Shown here in pieces: positions 46,799 to 55,632 of a stretch of DNA of 64,000 nt. Below the pieces are notes generated by a model. That model was not told the DNA's origin, did no database searches, and saw only the letters and a list, made by a program, of their open reading frames with translations. Every line of letters begins with the position of its first letter. Position 1 is the stretch's first letter. The stretch comes from an uncultured Rikenellaceae bacterium (GTDB lineage: Bacteria > Bacteroidota > Bacteroidia > Bacteroidales > VadinHA17). The stretch covers positions 375,092 to 439,091 of the forward strand of contig CAVOLF010000006.1 in NCBI GenBank assembly GCA_963696805.1, written 5' to 3'. The translations under genes were made by a program, and so were the position numbers.

Positions 46799-48577
46799 AT
46801 GGAAACAATAAAACTGACGATAGACAACAAACCGGTTGAAGTTGAGAAGGGTACAACAATTCTCAATGCTGCAAGGAAAATGGGTATCGATATACCCACA
46901 CTTTGCCACATGCAGCTCCATGACCTGAATATTGAAAACAAGCCCGGCGGATGCAGGATATGCGTCGTCGAGGTACATGGACGCAGGAACCTCTCTCCGG
47001 CCTGCATTACCAAATGTGATGACGGGGCGGTGGTCCGCACCCACACTCCCAGGGTACTGAATGCCCGCAGGACTGTGATGGAGTTCATCCTCTCTGACCA
47101 CCCGAAAGACTGCCTCATCTGCCCCAAGTCAGGTCACTGCGAACTGCAGGATATGGCCAACAGACTTGGCATCAGGGAGATACCCGGACAGGAGATAGCG
47201 GAGATGTCTACCTACAGGAAGGACACCTCTCCTTCTATCATCCGTGATCTTGACAAGTGCATCATGTGCCGCCGTTGCGAGATGATGTGCAATGAAGTAC
47301 AGACAGTCGGGGCCCTCTCAGCTGTCAACAGGGGCTTCATGGCTGTCGTTGCTCCGGCCTTTGAACAGAACCTTGAATTCTCACCGTGTACATACTGCGG
47401 TCAGTGTGTTGCCGTCTGCCCGACCGGCGCCCTGACAGAGGTTGACCATACCCGCGATGTGCTCCGCGCCATTGTTGACCCCGCCAAGACGGTGGTGGTG
47501 CAGACAGCTCCGGCAGTACGCGCAGCCCTGGGTGAGGAGTTCGGCATGAAACCCGGCACCCTCGTGACAGGGAAGCTTGTTGCCGCACTCAAAGAACTCG
47601 GATTCGACTATGTATTCGATACCGACTTCGCAGCCGACCTCACCATCATGGAGGAAGGCACCGAACTGCTTAAAAGGCTGGGCAGGTTCCTGAAGGGTGA
47701 TAAGGATGCAAATATCCCCATACTGACATCATGCTGCCCGGGATGGGTGAACTTTTTTGAACACAATTTTCCTGACCTGAAGGATGTGCCTTCAACAGCC
47801 AAATCACCCCAGCAGATGTTCGGAGCAATAGCCAAGACATACTTTGCTGATAAGATCAATGTCAAAAGACAGGATATGGTGGTTGTATCAATCATGCCGT
47901 GCCTTGCCAAAAAATATGAGAGCCAGAGACCTGAATTCTCCGTCGACGGCAATCCCGATGTTGACTTTTCCATCTCCACGCGTGAGCTGGCCCATTTCAT
48001 CAGACAGGCGAACATCGACTTCAATAACCTGCCGGATATGGACTTCGACAAGCCACTTGGTGAATCAACGGGCGCCGGAGTAATCTTCGGCAACACAGGA
48101 GGTGTGATAGAGGCAGCTGTACGTACAGCTTATGAGCTTCATACCGGCAAGAAGCTCAGCCGCCTCGACTTTGATGAATTAAGAGGCATGGAAGGGGTAA
48201 GACAGGCAACGATAGATTTTGACGGCTTACCGCTTAACATAGGTATAGCACACGGCCTGGGCAACGCCCGCATACTGCTCGATGAAGTGAGAGCAGGAAG
48301 GTCAAAGTTCCACGCCATTGAGGTCATGGCCTGCCCGGGCGGATGTATAGGAGGGGGCGGTCAACCTCTGCACCACGGCGATTCTTCGATACTGAAGGCG
48401 AGAGCAAAGGCTTTATACGAGGAGGACAAAAACAAACCCATCAGGGTATCACATGAGAATCCTTATATCATCCAGCTCTATGAAGAGTTTCTTGGAGAGC
48501 CTGACAGCGAAACAGCACATCACCTGCTCCATACGCATTATTTTGACAGAAAGGCGAAGATCATCATCAAGCAGTGA
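46799..48577 (+). CDS. hydA: [FeFe]-hydrogenase catalytic subunit
   Basis: H-cluster motifs L1 TSCCPGW, L2 MPCLAKKYE, and L3 EVMACPGGCIGGGGQP. N-terminal 2Fe-2S plus His-ligated and 4Fe-4S domains. I prefer the Met at 46799 (METIKLTIDNKPV, purine-rich gagggag just upstream). The track ORF starts at 46781. Confidence 0.93.
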   Translation: METIKLTIDNKPVEVEKGTTILNAARKMGIDIPTLCHMQLHDLNIENKPGGCRICVVEVHGRRNLSPACITKCDDGAVVRTHTPRVLNARRTVMEFILSDHPKDCLICPKSGHCELQDMANRLGIREIPGQEIAEMSTYRKDTSPSIIRDLDKCIMCRRCEMMCNEVQTVGALSAVNRGFMAVVAPAFEQNLEFSPCTYCGQCVAVCPTGALTEVDHTRDVLRAIVDPAKTVVVQTAPAVRAALGEEFGMKPGTLVTGKLVAALKELGFDYVFDTDFAADLTIMEEGTELLKRLGRFLKGDKDANIPILTSCCPGWVNFFEHNFPDLKDVPSTAKSPQQMFGAIAKTYFADKINVKRQDMVVVSIMPCLAKKYESQRPEFSVDGNPDVDFSISTRELAHFIRQANIDFNNLPDMDFDKPLGESTGAGVIFGNTGGVIEAAVRTAYELHTGKKLSRLDFDELRGMEGVRQATIDFDGLPLNIGIAHGLGNARILLDEVRAGRSKFHAIEVMACPGGCIGGGGQPLHHGDSSILKARAKALYEEDKNKPIRVSHENPYIIQLYEEFLGEPDSETAHHLLHTHYFDRKAKIIIKQ

Positions 48578-48608
48578 GATCTGAATTATTAACATAAAAA
48601 TCAAAGAG

Positions 48609-49091
48609 ATGTCAAGTATAAAGATAGAACTGAGACAACATGATGTTGATAAGATCAACGAGATATGTGACTCATTCAATAATGACCCGGTGGAACTGAT
48701 AAACGTACTTCACAAGACCCAGGAGCACTTCGGTTATCTCCCGGCAGAGGTGCAGGAGGTTATTGCTGACAGAATGAATATAGCAACGGCAAGGGTGTAT
48801 GGGGTGGTAACATTTTACTCATTCTTCACAATGACTCCCAAAGGCAAGCATCCCATCAGCATCTGCATGGGTACGGCCTGCTACGTCAGGGGAGCAGAGA
48901 AGGTACTTGATGAATTTAAAAAGGAGCTGGCGATACAGGTCGGGCAGACAACCGGCGACGGCAAGTTCTCTCTCTCGAGCCTCCGCTGCGTGGGTGCCTG
49001 TGGCCTCGCACCGGTCGTGCTCGTCGGTGAAAAGACCTACGGAAGGGTAGCTCCCGATGATGTCAAGACCATACTCAAGGAATACGAATAG
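48609..49091 (+). CDS. hydC: NuoE-like [2Fe-2S] subunit of the hydrogenase
   Basis: 160 aa. NuoE pattern …ICMGTACYVRGA… and …LRCVGACGLAP…. Confidence 0.9.
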   Translation: MSSIKIELRQHDVDKINEICDSFNNDPVELINVLHKTQEHFGYLPAEVQEVIADRMNIATARVYGVVTFYSFFTMTPKGKHPISICMGTACYVRGAEKVLDEFKKELAIQVGQTTGDGKFSLSSLRCVGACGLAPVVLVGEKTYGRVAPDDVKTILKEYE

Positions 49092-49140
49092 CACAAAACA
49101 GGGGGGGGGAAAAACCGGGCGAACCGGCCTTCTTTTTTTA

Positions 49141-49198
49141 GTCGGCAGTCTTCAGTCCTCAGTCCTGACTGCCGTTTGCCGACTGCCGACTGAGGACT
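49141..49198. repeat. Cluster of interleaved short inverted and direct repeats between convergent hydC and ygiQ
   Basis: gtcggcagtc (49141-50) is complementary to gactgccgac (49181-90), and its core to gactgccg (49167-74). agtcctcagtc (49154-64) is complementary to gactgaggact (49188-98). There is also a tandem cagtcct x2. Possibly terminator structures. Confidence 0.5.
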
Positions 49199-50966
49199 AC
49201 TGCTTATTGCCTCTCTTCTTAAAGAAATATTCCTTCTGCCTTCTCTTCTCAGCCAGGTCACGCGCCACATATACCCTCTTCCCGGTGTAGGGGTCAAACC
49301 CAAGGTAATACATCGCCGTTGCCAGTGTCATGGGCGTAGGCGTGAAATCCTGAACCTGCTCGGGATGCATGCCCAGCTCCTTCAGGTCACGTGCCAGTGA
49401 GCCCATCTTCTGCTCCGTTGTCCCCGGATGAGCGGAGATGAAATAGGGCACCAGCTCATACTTCAGTCCGTTACTGCGTATGATACTCATGAACTTCTCA
49501 CGAAGCTTCCTGAAGTGGCTGAATGAACTCTTCCTCATCAGGTAGAGCACCTCATCGTCAGCATGTTCCGGGGCTACCTTCAGCCTGCCGCTGGTATGAT
49601 TTACTATCAGTTCCTTCAGGTACTGCTCCTCCCCTCCTCCGGCTGCCCTGTTGTAATCCTTCATCAGCAGGTCATACCTGATTCCGCTCCCTACGAAGGC
49701 CTTTTTGATGTACGGCAGGGCATTGACCTTCCGGTAAAGGCTGGTAAGATCTTGATGCGAGGTGTCAAGGTTATCACAGACGGCAGGCCATATACATGAC
49801 GGGCGCCCGCATTTCATGCATCTCTCCTGGTCTTTACCCGCCATCCGGTACATGTTGGCCGACGGTCCGCCCAGGTCGGAGAGGTATCCCCTGAAGCCTT
49901 CCATCCTGCTTATCCGCTCCACCTCTTTCATCACAGAGGCTTCACTGCGGCTGCTGATAAACTTGCCCTGGTGGGCGGCAATGGCGCAGAAGCTGCATCC
50001 CCCGAAGCATCCACGGTGAATGTTCACCGAAAACCTTATCATCTCCCACGCAGGTATGGCTCCTTTTTTTATATATCGCGGATGGGGGGCATAGTTGAAT
50101 GGCAGCTCATAGATGGCATCGACCTCGGCTTCAGTAGCCGGGGAAATGGGTGGGTTAACCACCACAACCTTGTCGCCGCATTGCTCCGTCAGTCTGACAG
50201 GCTTCATGCTGTTGCTTGTCTTCTCAAAGAGTACGAAGTTTTCGGCGTATGCCTTTCGTGATGCTATTGCCTCCTCGCACGAATGCATTTTCAATTCCTT
50301 CACTCCGGCAAGGGGCTGCAGTGTCTCTCCGGCAGGAACAACGAATGCAGACTGGGGCAGATCGCGGATCCGGCCTGGTTTCTCCCCCTTTCTTACACGC
50401 ATTGCCAGTTCTGTTACGGCTCTCTCCGCCATTCCATAGATCAGAAGGTCCGCGCCGCTCGATATAAGGATGGAAGGCTCAAGTGAATCCTTCCAGTAAT
50501 CATAGTGCATCAGCCTTCGCATAGATGCCTCTATACCGCCGATCACTACTGGTGTGGACGGGAACATTTTCCTGAGAGCCTGTGTGTAGACCACCGTCGC
50601 ATAATCAGGCCTGAAGCCTGACACTCCTCCCGGTGTATAAGCGTCATCTGACCTTAGCCTTCGGGCCGCAGTGTAGTGGTTGACCATCGAGTCCATGTTG
50701 CCGGAGGTAACAGCAAAAAAATAACGCGGAGCACCCATCTTGGTGAAGTCACGCAGGTCATCACGCCAGTTGGGCTGTGGCACTACTGCCACACGCATGC
50801 CCGCAGCCTCCAGCACACGGGTAATGACTGCCGCCCCGAATGAGGGATGGTCAATATATGCATCACCGGAGAAGAGGATGACATCGGGTTGCTCCCACCC
50901 AAGGGCCTCCATCTCCTTCCTCGATGAGGGGGGCCATTTCAGATCATCATTTTTTCCGTTTTTCAC
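49197..50966 (-). CDS. ygiQ: YgiQ-family (UPF0313) radical SAM protein
   Basis: 589 aa. Radical-SAM cluster motif HRGCFGGCSFCAIAAHQG and the characteristic YgiQ N- and C-terminal domains. Confidence 0.85.
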   Translation of the reverse strand: MKNGKNDDLKWPPSSRKEMEALGWEQPDVILFSGDAYIDHPSFGAAVITRVLEAAGMRVAVVPQPNWRDDLRDFTKMGAPRYFFAVTSGNMDSMVNHYTAARRLRSDDAYTPGGVSGFRPDYATVVYTQALRKMFPSTPVVIGGIEASMRRLMHYDYWKDSLEPSILISSGADLLIYGMAERAVTELAMRVRKGEKPGRIRDLPQSAFVVPAGETLQPLAGVKELKMHSCEEAIASRKAYAENFVLFEKTSNSMKPVRLTEQCGDKVVVVNPPISPATEAEVDAIYELPFNYAPHPRYIKKGAIPAWEMIRFSVNIHRGCFGGCSFCAIAAHQGKFISSRSEASVMKEVERISRMEGFRGYLSDLGGPSANMYRMAGKDQERCMKCGRPSCIWPAVCDNLDTSHQDLTSLYRKVNALPYIKKAFVGSGIRYDLLMKDYNRAAGGGEEQYLKELIVNHTSGRLKVAPEHADDEVLYLMRKSSFSHFRKLREKFMSIIRSNGLKYELVPYFISAHPGTTEQKMGSLARDLKELGMHPEQVQDFTPTPMTLATAMYYLGFDPYTGKRVYVARDLAEKRRQKEYFFKKRGNKQ

Positions 50967-50999
50967 GCCTCCAAGTTACATAATATACATATATTGCTT

Positions 51000-53330
51000 A
51001 TGAATGTGCTAAAAGAGATCTCTTCTATGTACAAGCCAATGGCCACTCCTGCATTCAGATTTTCATTGTATAAACATGGCAAGGGATTGACCATTCTGCT
51101 GACAGCTTTTGTTTTCGCTTTTTCACCCTCCCTCCTGACCGCACAGGAGATCGCACCAAGACCTAAGCTCGGACTTGCTCTCAGCGGCGGGGGAGCGAAA
51201 GGCCTTGCCCATCTGGGTGTAATTAAGGTGATGGAGGAGGCCGGCCTAAAACCCGACTATATAACCGGGGTAAGCATGGGGAGCATCGTCGGCGGGTTGT
51301 ATGCAATGGGGTATTCACCCGACAGCATAGCCACAATGTTCCGGACCTACAACTGGGACGCCGCACTGTCAGACAGGATACCTGAAAACAAAATCATCTT
51401 CCTCGAAAAGAGACATTACTTCAACAGCCTCATCTCACTACCCATCACCCGGACTGCCATCAAGATTCCGGCAGGTCTGATTAACGGACAACTGATTGAG
51501 AGCGGATTGAACCATTATTTCTGGCCTGCCGCGCATATTTCTGATTTTTCAGAACTGCCTGTCCCGTTTCTCTGCCTGGCAGCTGATGTGCTAACCAGCA
51601 AAAAGGTAATCTTCAGAAGCGGCTACCTGCCTGACGCAATCAGGGCAAGCATAGCGATACCGTCAATCTTTACACCCGTCAAGACTGATACCGCCGTGCT
51701 CGTTGACGGAGGCTTGCTCAGAAATTATGCTGTGACCGAGCTCCGTGAGATGGGCGCCGAGATCGCTATCGGATCATATGTCGGCTTCAGGGGGGCAACA
51801 GAAAAGGACCTCGAATCGATGCAAGGCATACTCAAACAGATCGGATTTCTGACCAGCCTGGCCGATTATGAAACACAAAAGCTGCTGTCTGACATAATGA
51901 TAGAGCCTGATATGAAGGATTACTCAACCATGTCATACGGTAGTGTGGATTCAATCATTGCAAGGGGCTATCGCGAAGCTCTTAAGTATAAAGACCGGTT
52001 CATCAGGCTTGCTGACTCACTCGACGCAATGGGACTCCGTGAAAAGGTGACACCGCTGCCTGATGTCGTTTACTATCAGTTTGACAGCATAAGTGTGGTT
52101 GGCAACAAGATTGTCAGTGATGAACAGATAAAAGGTGTTCTTGATATCGTTCCGGGACAGCCTGTTGACAGGGATCTGCTCGCTGACAGAATTGAACTTC
52201 TCTACGGAAAGGGATGGTTTGAAAAAGTTAAATACCGGATTATTCCCCGGGATGACAAACTTATCCTTGAGATCGACTGCATTGAACGTCCGCAGGCAAT
52301 GCTTTACGGCTCGCTGCATTATGACCCCGCGCTCAGATCAGGAGTAGTTCTTAACCTGTCGGTCAGAGACCTGCTGACTCCCAGCTCCGTAATAAATGCC
52401 GATGCCTATATCGGACAGTACTACCGGTTCAGAATCAGCGCAATGCAGTTTATTGACAGGAGCCAGAAATTTGGTATAGAGGCATCTTTCTATGCTGAAA
52501 ATACCCGTCTTCCTCTTGTCCGGCTCAGGCACGAAACCGGACCCATGGTCAGCCAGAATTATATCAGCGGCCTGACTCTCAGCAAGCGGATGAGCCTGAA
52601 CCATCTTATGAGCCTGGGCGCAACCATAGAAGATCAGTATCTTATTCCTGATTATGTCACAACCACAGGCATCAGGAACCTCTCCTATGACTACCTCAAG
52701 CTTGCCTTCAGCTACCAGGCAAATACCCTCGATTACAAACACTTTCCCAGCCATGGTATCAGCTACTTCCTTTCAGCCTCAACATCGAACCTCCTGAAGG
52801 GTATAATTAAAACCGGCACCGGCAGGGATGTGTACAAACCCGGAGATGAATTATCATTTGACTTTGACCGCTTTTATGCTGCCAGAGCTTGGTTCAGGAA
52901 CTATAACTCTCCCTCAGACAAGGTCACCATCAGCTTCGGCGGTGAGCTTCTGCTGGCAACGGATGTTGACTCCATAACTTCGAATAATAACTTCTTCTTA
53001 CTGGGAGGAATTGAATCTGTCACTGACCGTTCAATACCCTGCATAGGCTTCCATGCCAACCAGATACCGGTGCAATCGCTTGGAGGAATAAGACTTGGCG
53101 TTGACATCGAGATAGCTACCAACATCCATATGTTCTTTGAAGGAAATCTCTTCGCTCTTCAGGAGCCTGAACGTGAAGTTGGTGTCTCAATTATGGGCGG
53201 ATATGGAGCAGGACTTGGTTACATGAGCATTGCCGGCCCCATCAGAATTGGCATAATGCAAGGGTTCTACGACAGGGAACTGTTATACAAGCAGGTGAAG
53301 GGTTATGCCAGTATAGGGTTTCCCTTCTGA
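51000..53330 (+). CDS. Patatin-like phospholipase fused to a POTRA + Omp85/surface-antigen beta-barrel (PlpD-like, type Vd architecture)
   Basis: Oxyanion GGGAKG, lipase Ser GVSMG, and dyad Asp VDGGLL. Then a POTRA-like segment (ISVVGNKIVSDEQIKGVLDIVPGQPVDRDLL…) and a barrel ending …ASIGFPF. The start is ambiguous (TTG 50994, ATG 51000, or later Met residues). Confidence 0.8.
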   Translation: MNVLKEISSMYKPMATPAFRFSLYKHGKGLTILLTAFVFAFSPSLLTAQEIAPRPKLGLALSGGGAKGLAHLGVIKVMEEAGLKPDYITGVSMGSIVGGLYAMGYSPDSIATMFRTYNWDAALSDRIPENKIIFLEKRHYFNSLISLPITRTAIKIPAGLINGQLIESGLNHYFWPAAHISDFSELPVPFLCLAADVLTSKKVIFRSGYLPDAIRASIAIPSIFTPVKTDTAVLVDGGLLRNYAVTELREMGAEIAIGSYVGFRGATEKDLESMQGILKQIGFLTSLADYETQKLLSDIMIEPDMKDYSTMSYGSVDSIIARGYREALKYKDRFIRLADSLDAMGLREKVTPLPDVVYYQFDSISVVGNKIVSDEQIKGVLDIVPGQPVDRDLLADRIELLYGKGWFEKVKYRIIPRDDKLILEIDCIERPQAMLYGSLHYDPALRSGVVLNLSVRDLLTPSSVINADAYIGQYYRFRISAMQFIDRSQKFGIEASFYAENTRLPLVRLRHETGPMVSQNYISGLTLSKRMSLNHLMSLGATIEDQYLIPDYVTTTGIRNLSYDYLKLAFSYQANTLDYKHFPSHGISYFLSASTSNLLKGIIKTGTGRDVYKPGDELSFDFDRFYAARAWFRNYNSPSDKVTISFGGELLLATDVDSITSNNNFFLLGGIESVTDRSIPCIGFHANQIPVQSLGGIRLGVDIEIATNIHMFFEGNLFALQEPEREVGVSIMGGYGAGLGYMSIAGPIRIGIMQGFYDRELLYKQVKGYASIGFPF

Positions 53331-53391
53331 ACCACGACAGTGGCCTGATTGTTGATCTTAATGCAGGAGGATATTTATATCCCTGTTCAGG

Positions 53392-55632
53392 ATGAATACA
53401 GGCACAATAATACTTCAGCATAAGAGAATATGCAACCTCGTCGTCCGACGGAAGGTCAAGCAGAGCTTTGATTTAATGGCTGATATGCTTGAAAATGTAT
53501 CTGTTGGCGGACTTAAGGACGAGTTCAGCGAGCTCCGGATGACCTACCTCAATATCCTGAAATACACAGTTGAGGGAATACACGATCCGGAACGCCAGAA
53601 AATCTATTTGAAACTTCTTCAGAATACCCTTAGGCTGAATGACAGAATAAAACAGGACATTTTGGCACGTCATTCCGGATGGTACACATATTCTGTCAGG
53701 GCAAGGGAACAGAGGGAAGAGAGACTGAGGGGGGAAAACATAATCCAGAGTGTAGATGACCTGGTATTCAAGTCACGCCTCGACGATCTCCTTGCTTCAG
53801 CTGAAATAGAGAAACCTGAGTCTGAAACCCAGAGGGCTGCTGAGACCGAACGTCTCTCGGGGATGATCTTTAACCATCTGTGGTTAACAGACTTCTACGG
53901 TGAAGCAGAAGAGAGCCTTATGGAGATCATGCTTCGGTCAGGAAGGTTCCAGTGGCACGATCTCGCATCATTCGTCAGCGCCGTCACACTAAGCAGCCTG
54001 CGGATATGGGATCCGGTCAAAATACGCCTTCTGGCAAAGCTCACTGCCGTTACCACTCCTCATGTGGCTGAAAGGGCACTTACAGGTCTTGTATTCAGTC
54101 TTTACTATTATGATGACCGTCTCAGCCTCTATCCTGAAGTAATGCAGACAATCAAAAGCCTGGCTGAGAAGGAAAACTTCAGGGAGCGGTGCCGCATGGT
54201 GGTGCTTCAGGCAATCAGATCACGCGATACTGAGAAACTGAGCAAGAGGATGAATGAGGAGATTCTGCCGAAAGTAGTGAAGCTGAGGCCACGCATCGAG
54301 GAGAAGTTAGACCTTGACAAGATCCTCGGAGAGAACCCTGAAGAGGGACAAAACCCCGACTGGTCTGCCATGTTCAGCGGATCAGAGGAGATGTTTAAAA
54401 CAATGGAAGAGCTTACCAATCTTCAGATGGAAGGGTCTGACGTTTATATGTCGGCTTTCTCCGGACTGAAAAGGTTTGATTTCTTCAGGGAACTGCGCAA
54501 CTGGTTCATACCGTTCTACCCTGACCATATAGCCGTAGATGACATTTTCAGGGACGAGATCCTCGGGCCGGGAATCAATGAGCTCGCCGAAGCACTTTTC
54601 AAGACCCCTTTCATATGCAATTCCGACAAATTCTCACTCATCCTCAACATGAAATACCTTCCGGCCGAACAGAAGAGCCTGATGCTGAAAGTATTCAGGA
54701 TGGAGCTTGAAGGACTCGAGCAGATGAAATATGACAATGAGCTGACAGACCCTGCTGCCATCTTCAGGACAACTGTGACGCAGTACGTGCATGATCTTTA
54801 CCGGTTCTACAAACTGTCAGACTTCAAAAATGAATTTGACGACCTTTTCACCAGCAGGCTTGATATATACAATGCATTGTTCTTCAGGGAAATATGCGGT
54901 TCTACTGCCGATGACAGGTCGCTGGCTGAATACTTCTTCAGCAAGGAATACTATGATGATGCGCTGGCGTTGTACCTCAACGTAATCAGGAGCGTAAACG
55001 ATGACGCTGAGCTTTTTGAGAAAGCGGGCTATTGCTATCAGATGTCTGGCGCTTATGAAAAAGCCCTCGAGAAATATTCTATGGCAGCCATCCTTGACCC
55101 CAAAACATGGACCCTCCGCAAGACCGGGTTATGCCTTAGGAGGCTGGGCAGAGCTGACGAGGCTCTGAATATGTACCTGCGTGCACTACAGAATGAGCCG
55201 GATGATCTGAACACTATTCTTATGACAGCCCACTGCTCTCTTGACGCGGGTAAATACGAGGAGGCCCTTAAGCATTACTTCAGGGTTGAATACGAGAGTC
55301 CGGGCAATGTAAAGGTTCTCCGGCCAATAGCCTGGTGTTACTTCATGACCGGAAGGTTCAGTGAGGCCGAGAGTTATTTTGACAGGCTGGCCGTAACCGG
55401 CCTGACACCTTTTGACAGGATCAATATGGGCCACCTGGCCTTATGCCAGGGACATCTCCAAAATGCATCAGAATATTACATGAGTGCTCTCGCCGGAGGG
55501 GAGATGACTGCCGAGGTGTTTATAAACACATTCAATGAGGATATTCCCGTTCTTGCCTCCAACGGTGTGGGTGCTGACGATCTCCCTATCGTTCTCGATT
55601 ACGTGCTGATGAGCCTGAAAAAGGATCATTGA
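53392..55632 (+). CDS. Tetratricopeptide-repeat protein with a ~500-aa uncharacterised N-terminal region
   Basis: 746 aa. C-terminal TPR-like repeats (…AELFEKAGYCYQMSGAYEKALEKYSMAAILDP…, …ADEALNMYLRALQNEPDD…). No catalytic motif recognised. Confidence 0.6.
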   Translation: MNTGTIILQHKRICNLVVRRKVKQSFDLMADMLENVSVGGLKDEFSELRMTYLNILKYTVEGIHDPERQKIYLKLLQNTLRLNDRIKQDILARHSGWYTYSVRAREQREERLRGENIIQSVDDLVFKSRLDDLLASAEIEKPESETQRAAETERLSGMIFNHLWLTDFYGEAEESLMEIMLRSGRFQWHDLASFVSAVTLSSLRIWDPVKIRLLAKLTAVTTPHVAERALTGLVFSLYYYDDRLSLYPEVMQTIKSLAEKENFRERCRMVVLQAIRSRDTEKLSKRMNEEILPKVVKLRPRIEEKLDLDKILGENPEEGQNPDWSAMFSGSEEMFKTMEELTNLQMEGSDVYMSAFSGLKRFDFFRELRNWFIPFYPDHIAVDDIFRDEILGPGINELAEALFKTPFICNSDKFSLILNMKYLPAEQKSLMLKVFRMELEGLEQMKYDNELTDPAAIFRTTVTQYVHDLYRFYKLSDFKNEFDDLFTSRLDIYNALFFREICGSTADDRSLAEYFFSKEYYDDALALYLNVIRSVNDDAELFEKAGYCYQMSGAYEKALEKYSMAAILDPKTWTLRKTGLCLRRLGRADEALNMYLRALQNEPDDLNTILMTAHCSLDAGKYEEALKHYFRVEYESPGNVKVLRPIAWCYFMTGRFSEAESYFDRLAVTGLTPFDRINMGHLALCQGHLQNASEYYMSALAGGEMTAEVFINTFNEDIPVLASNGVGADDLPIVLDYVLMSLKKDH

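Noticed and set aside
49101-49109. G9 homopolymer as a possible phase-variation tract.
   Set aside because: It lies downstream of hydC between convergent genes, not in a promoter or coding region. More likely it is part of a terminator region or a sequencing-prone homopolymer.
55586-55632. 47-nt convergent overlap of the TPR and LysM genes.
   Set aside because: This is probably a genuine tail-to-tail overlap or a slightly long ORF end. It carries no additional signal.
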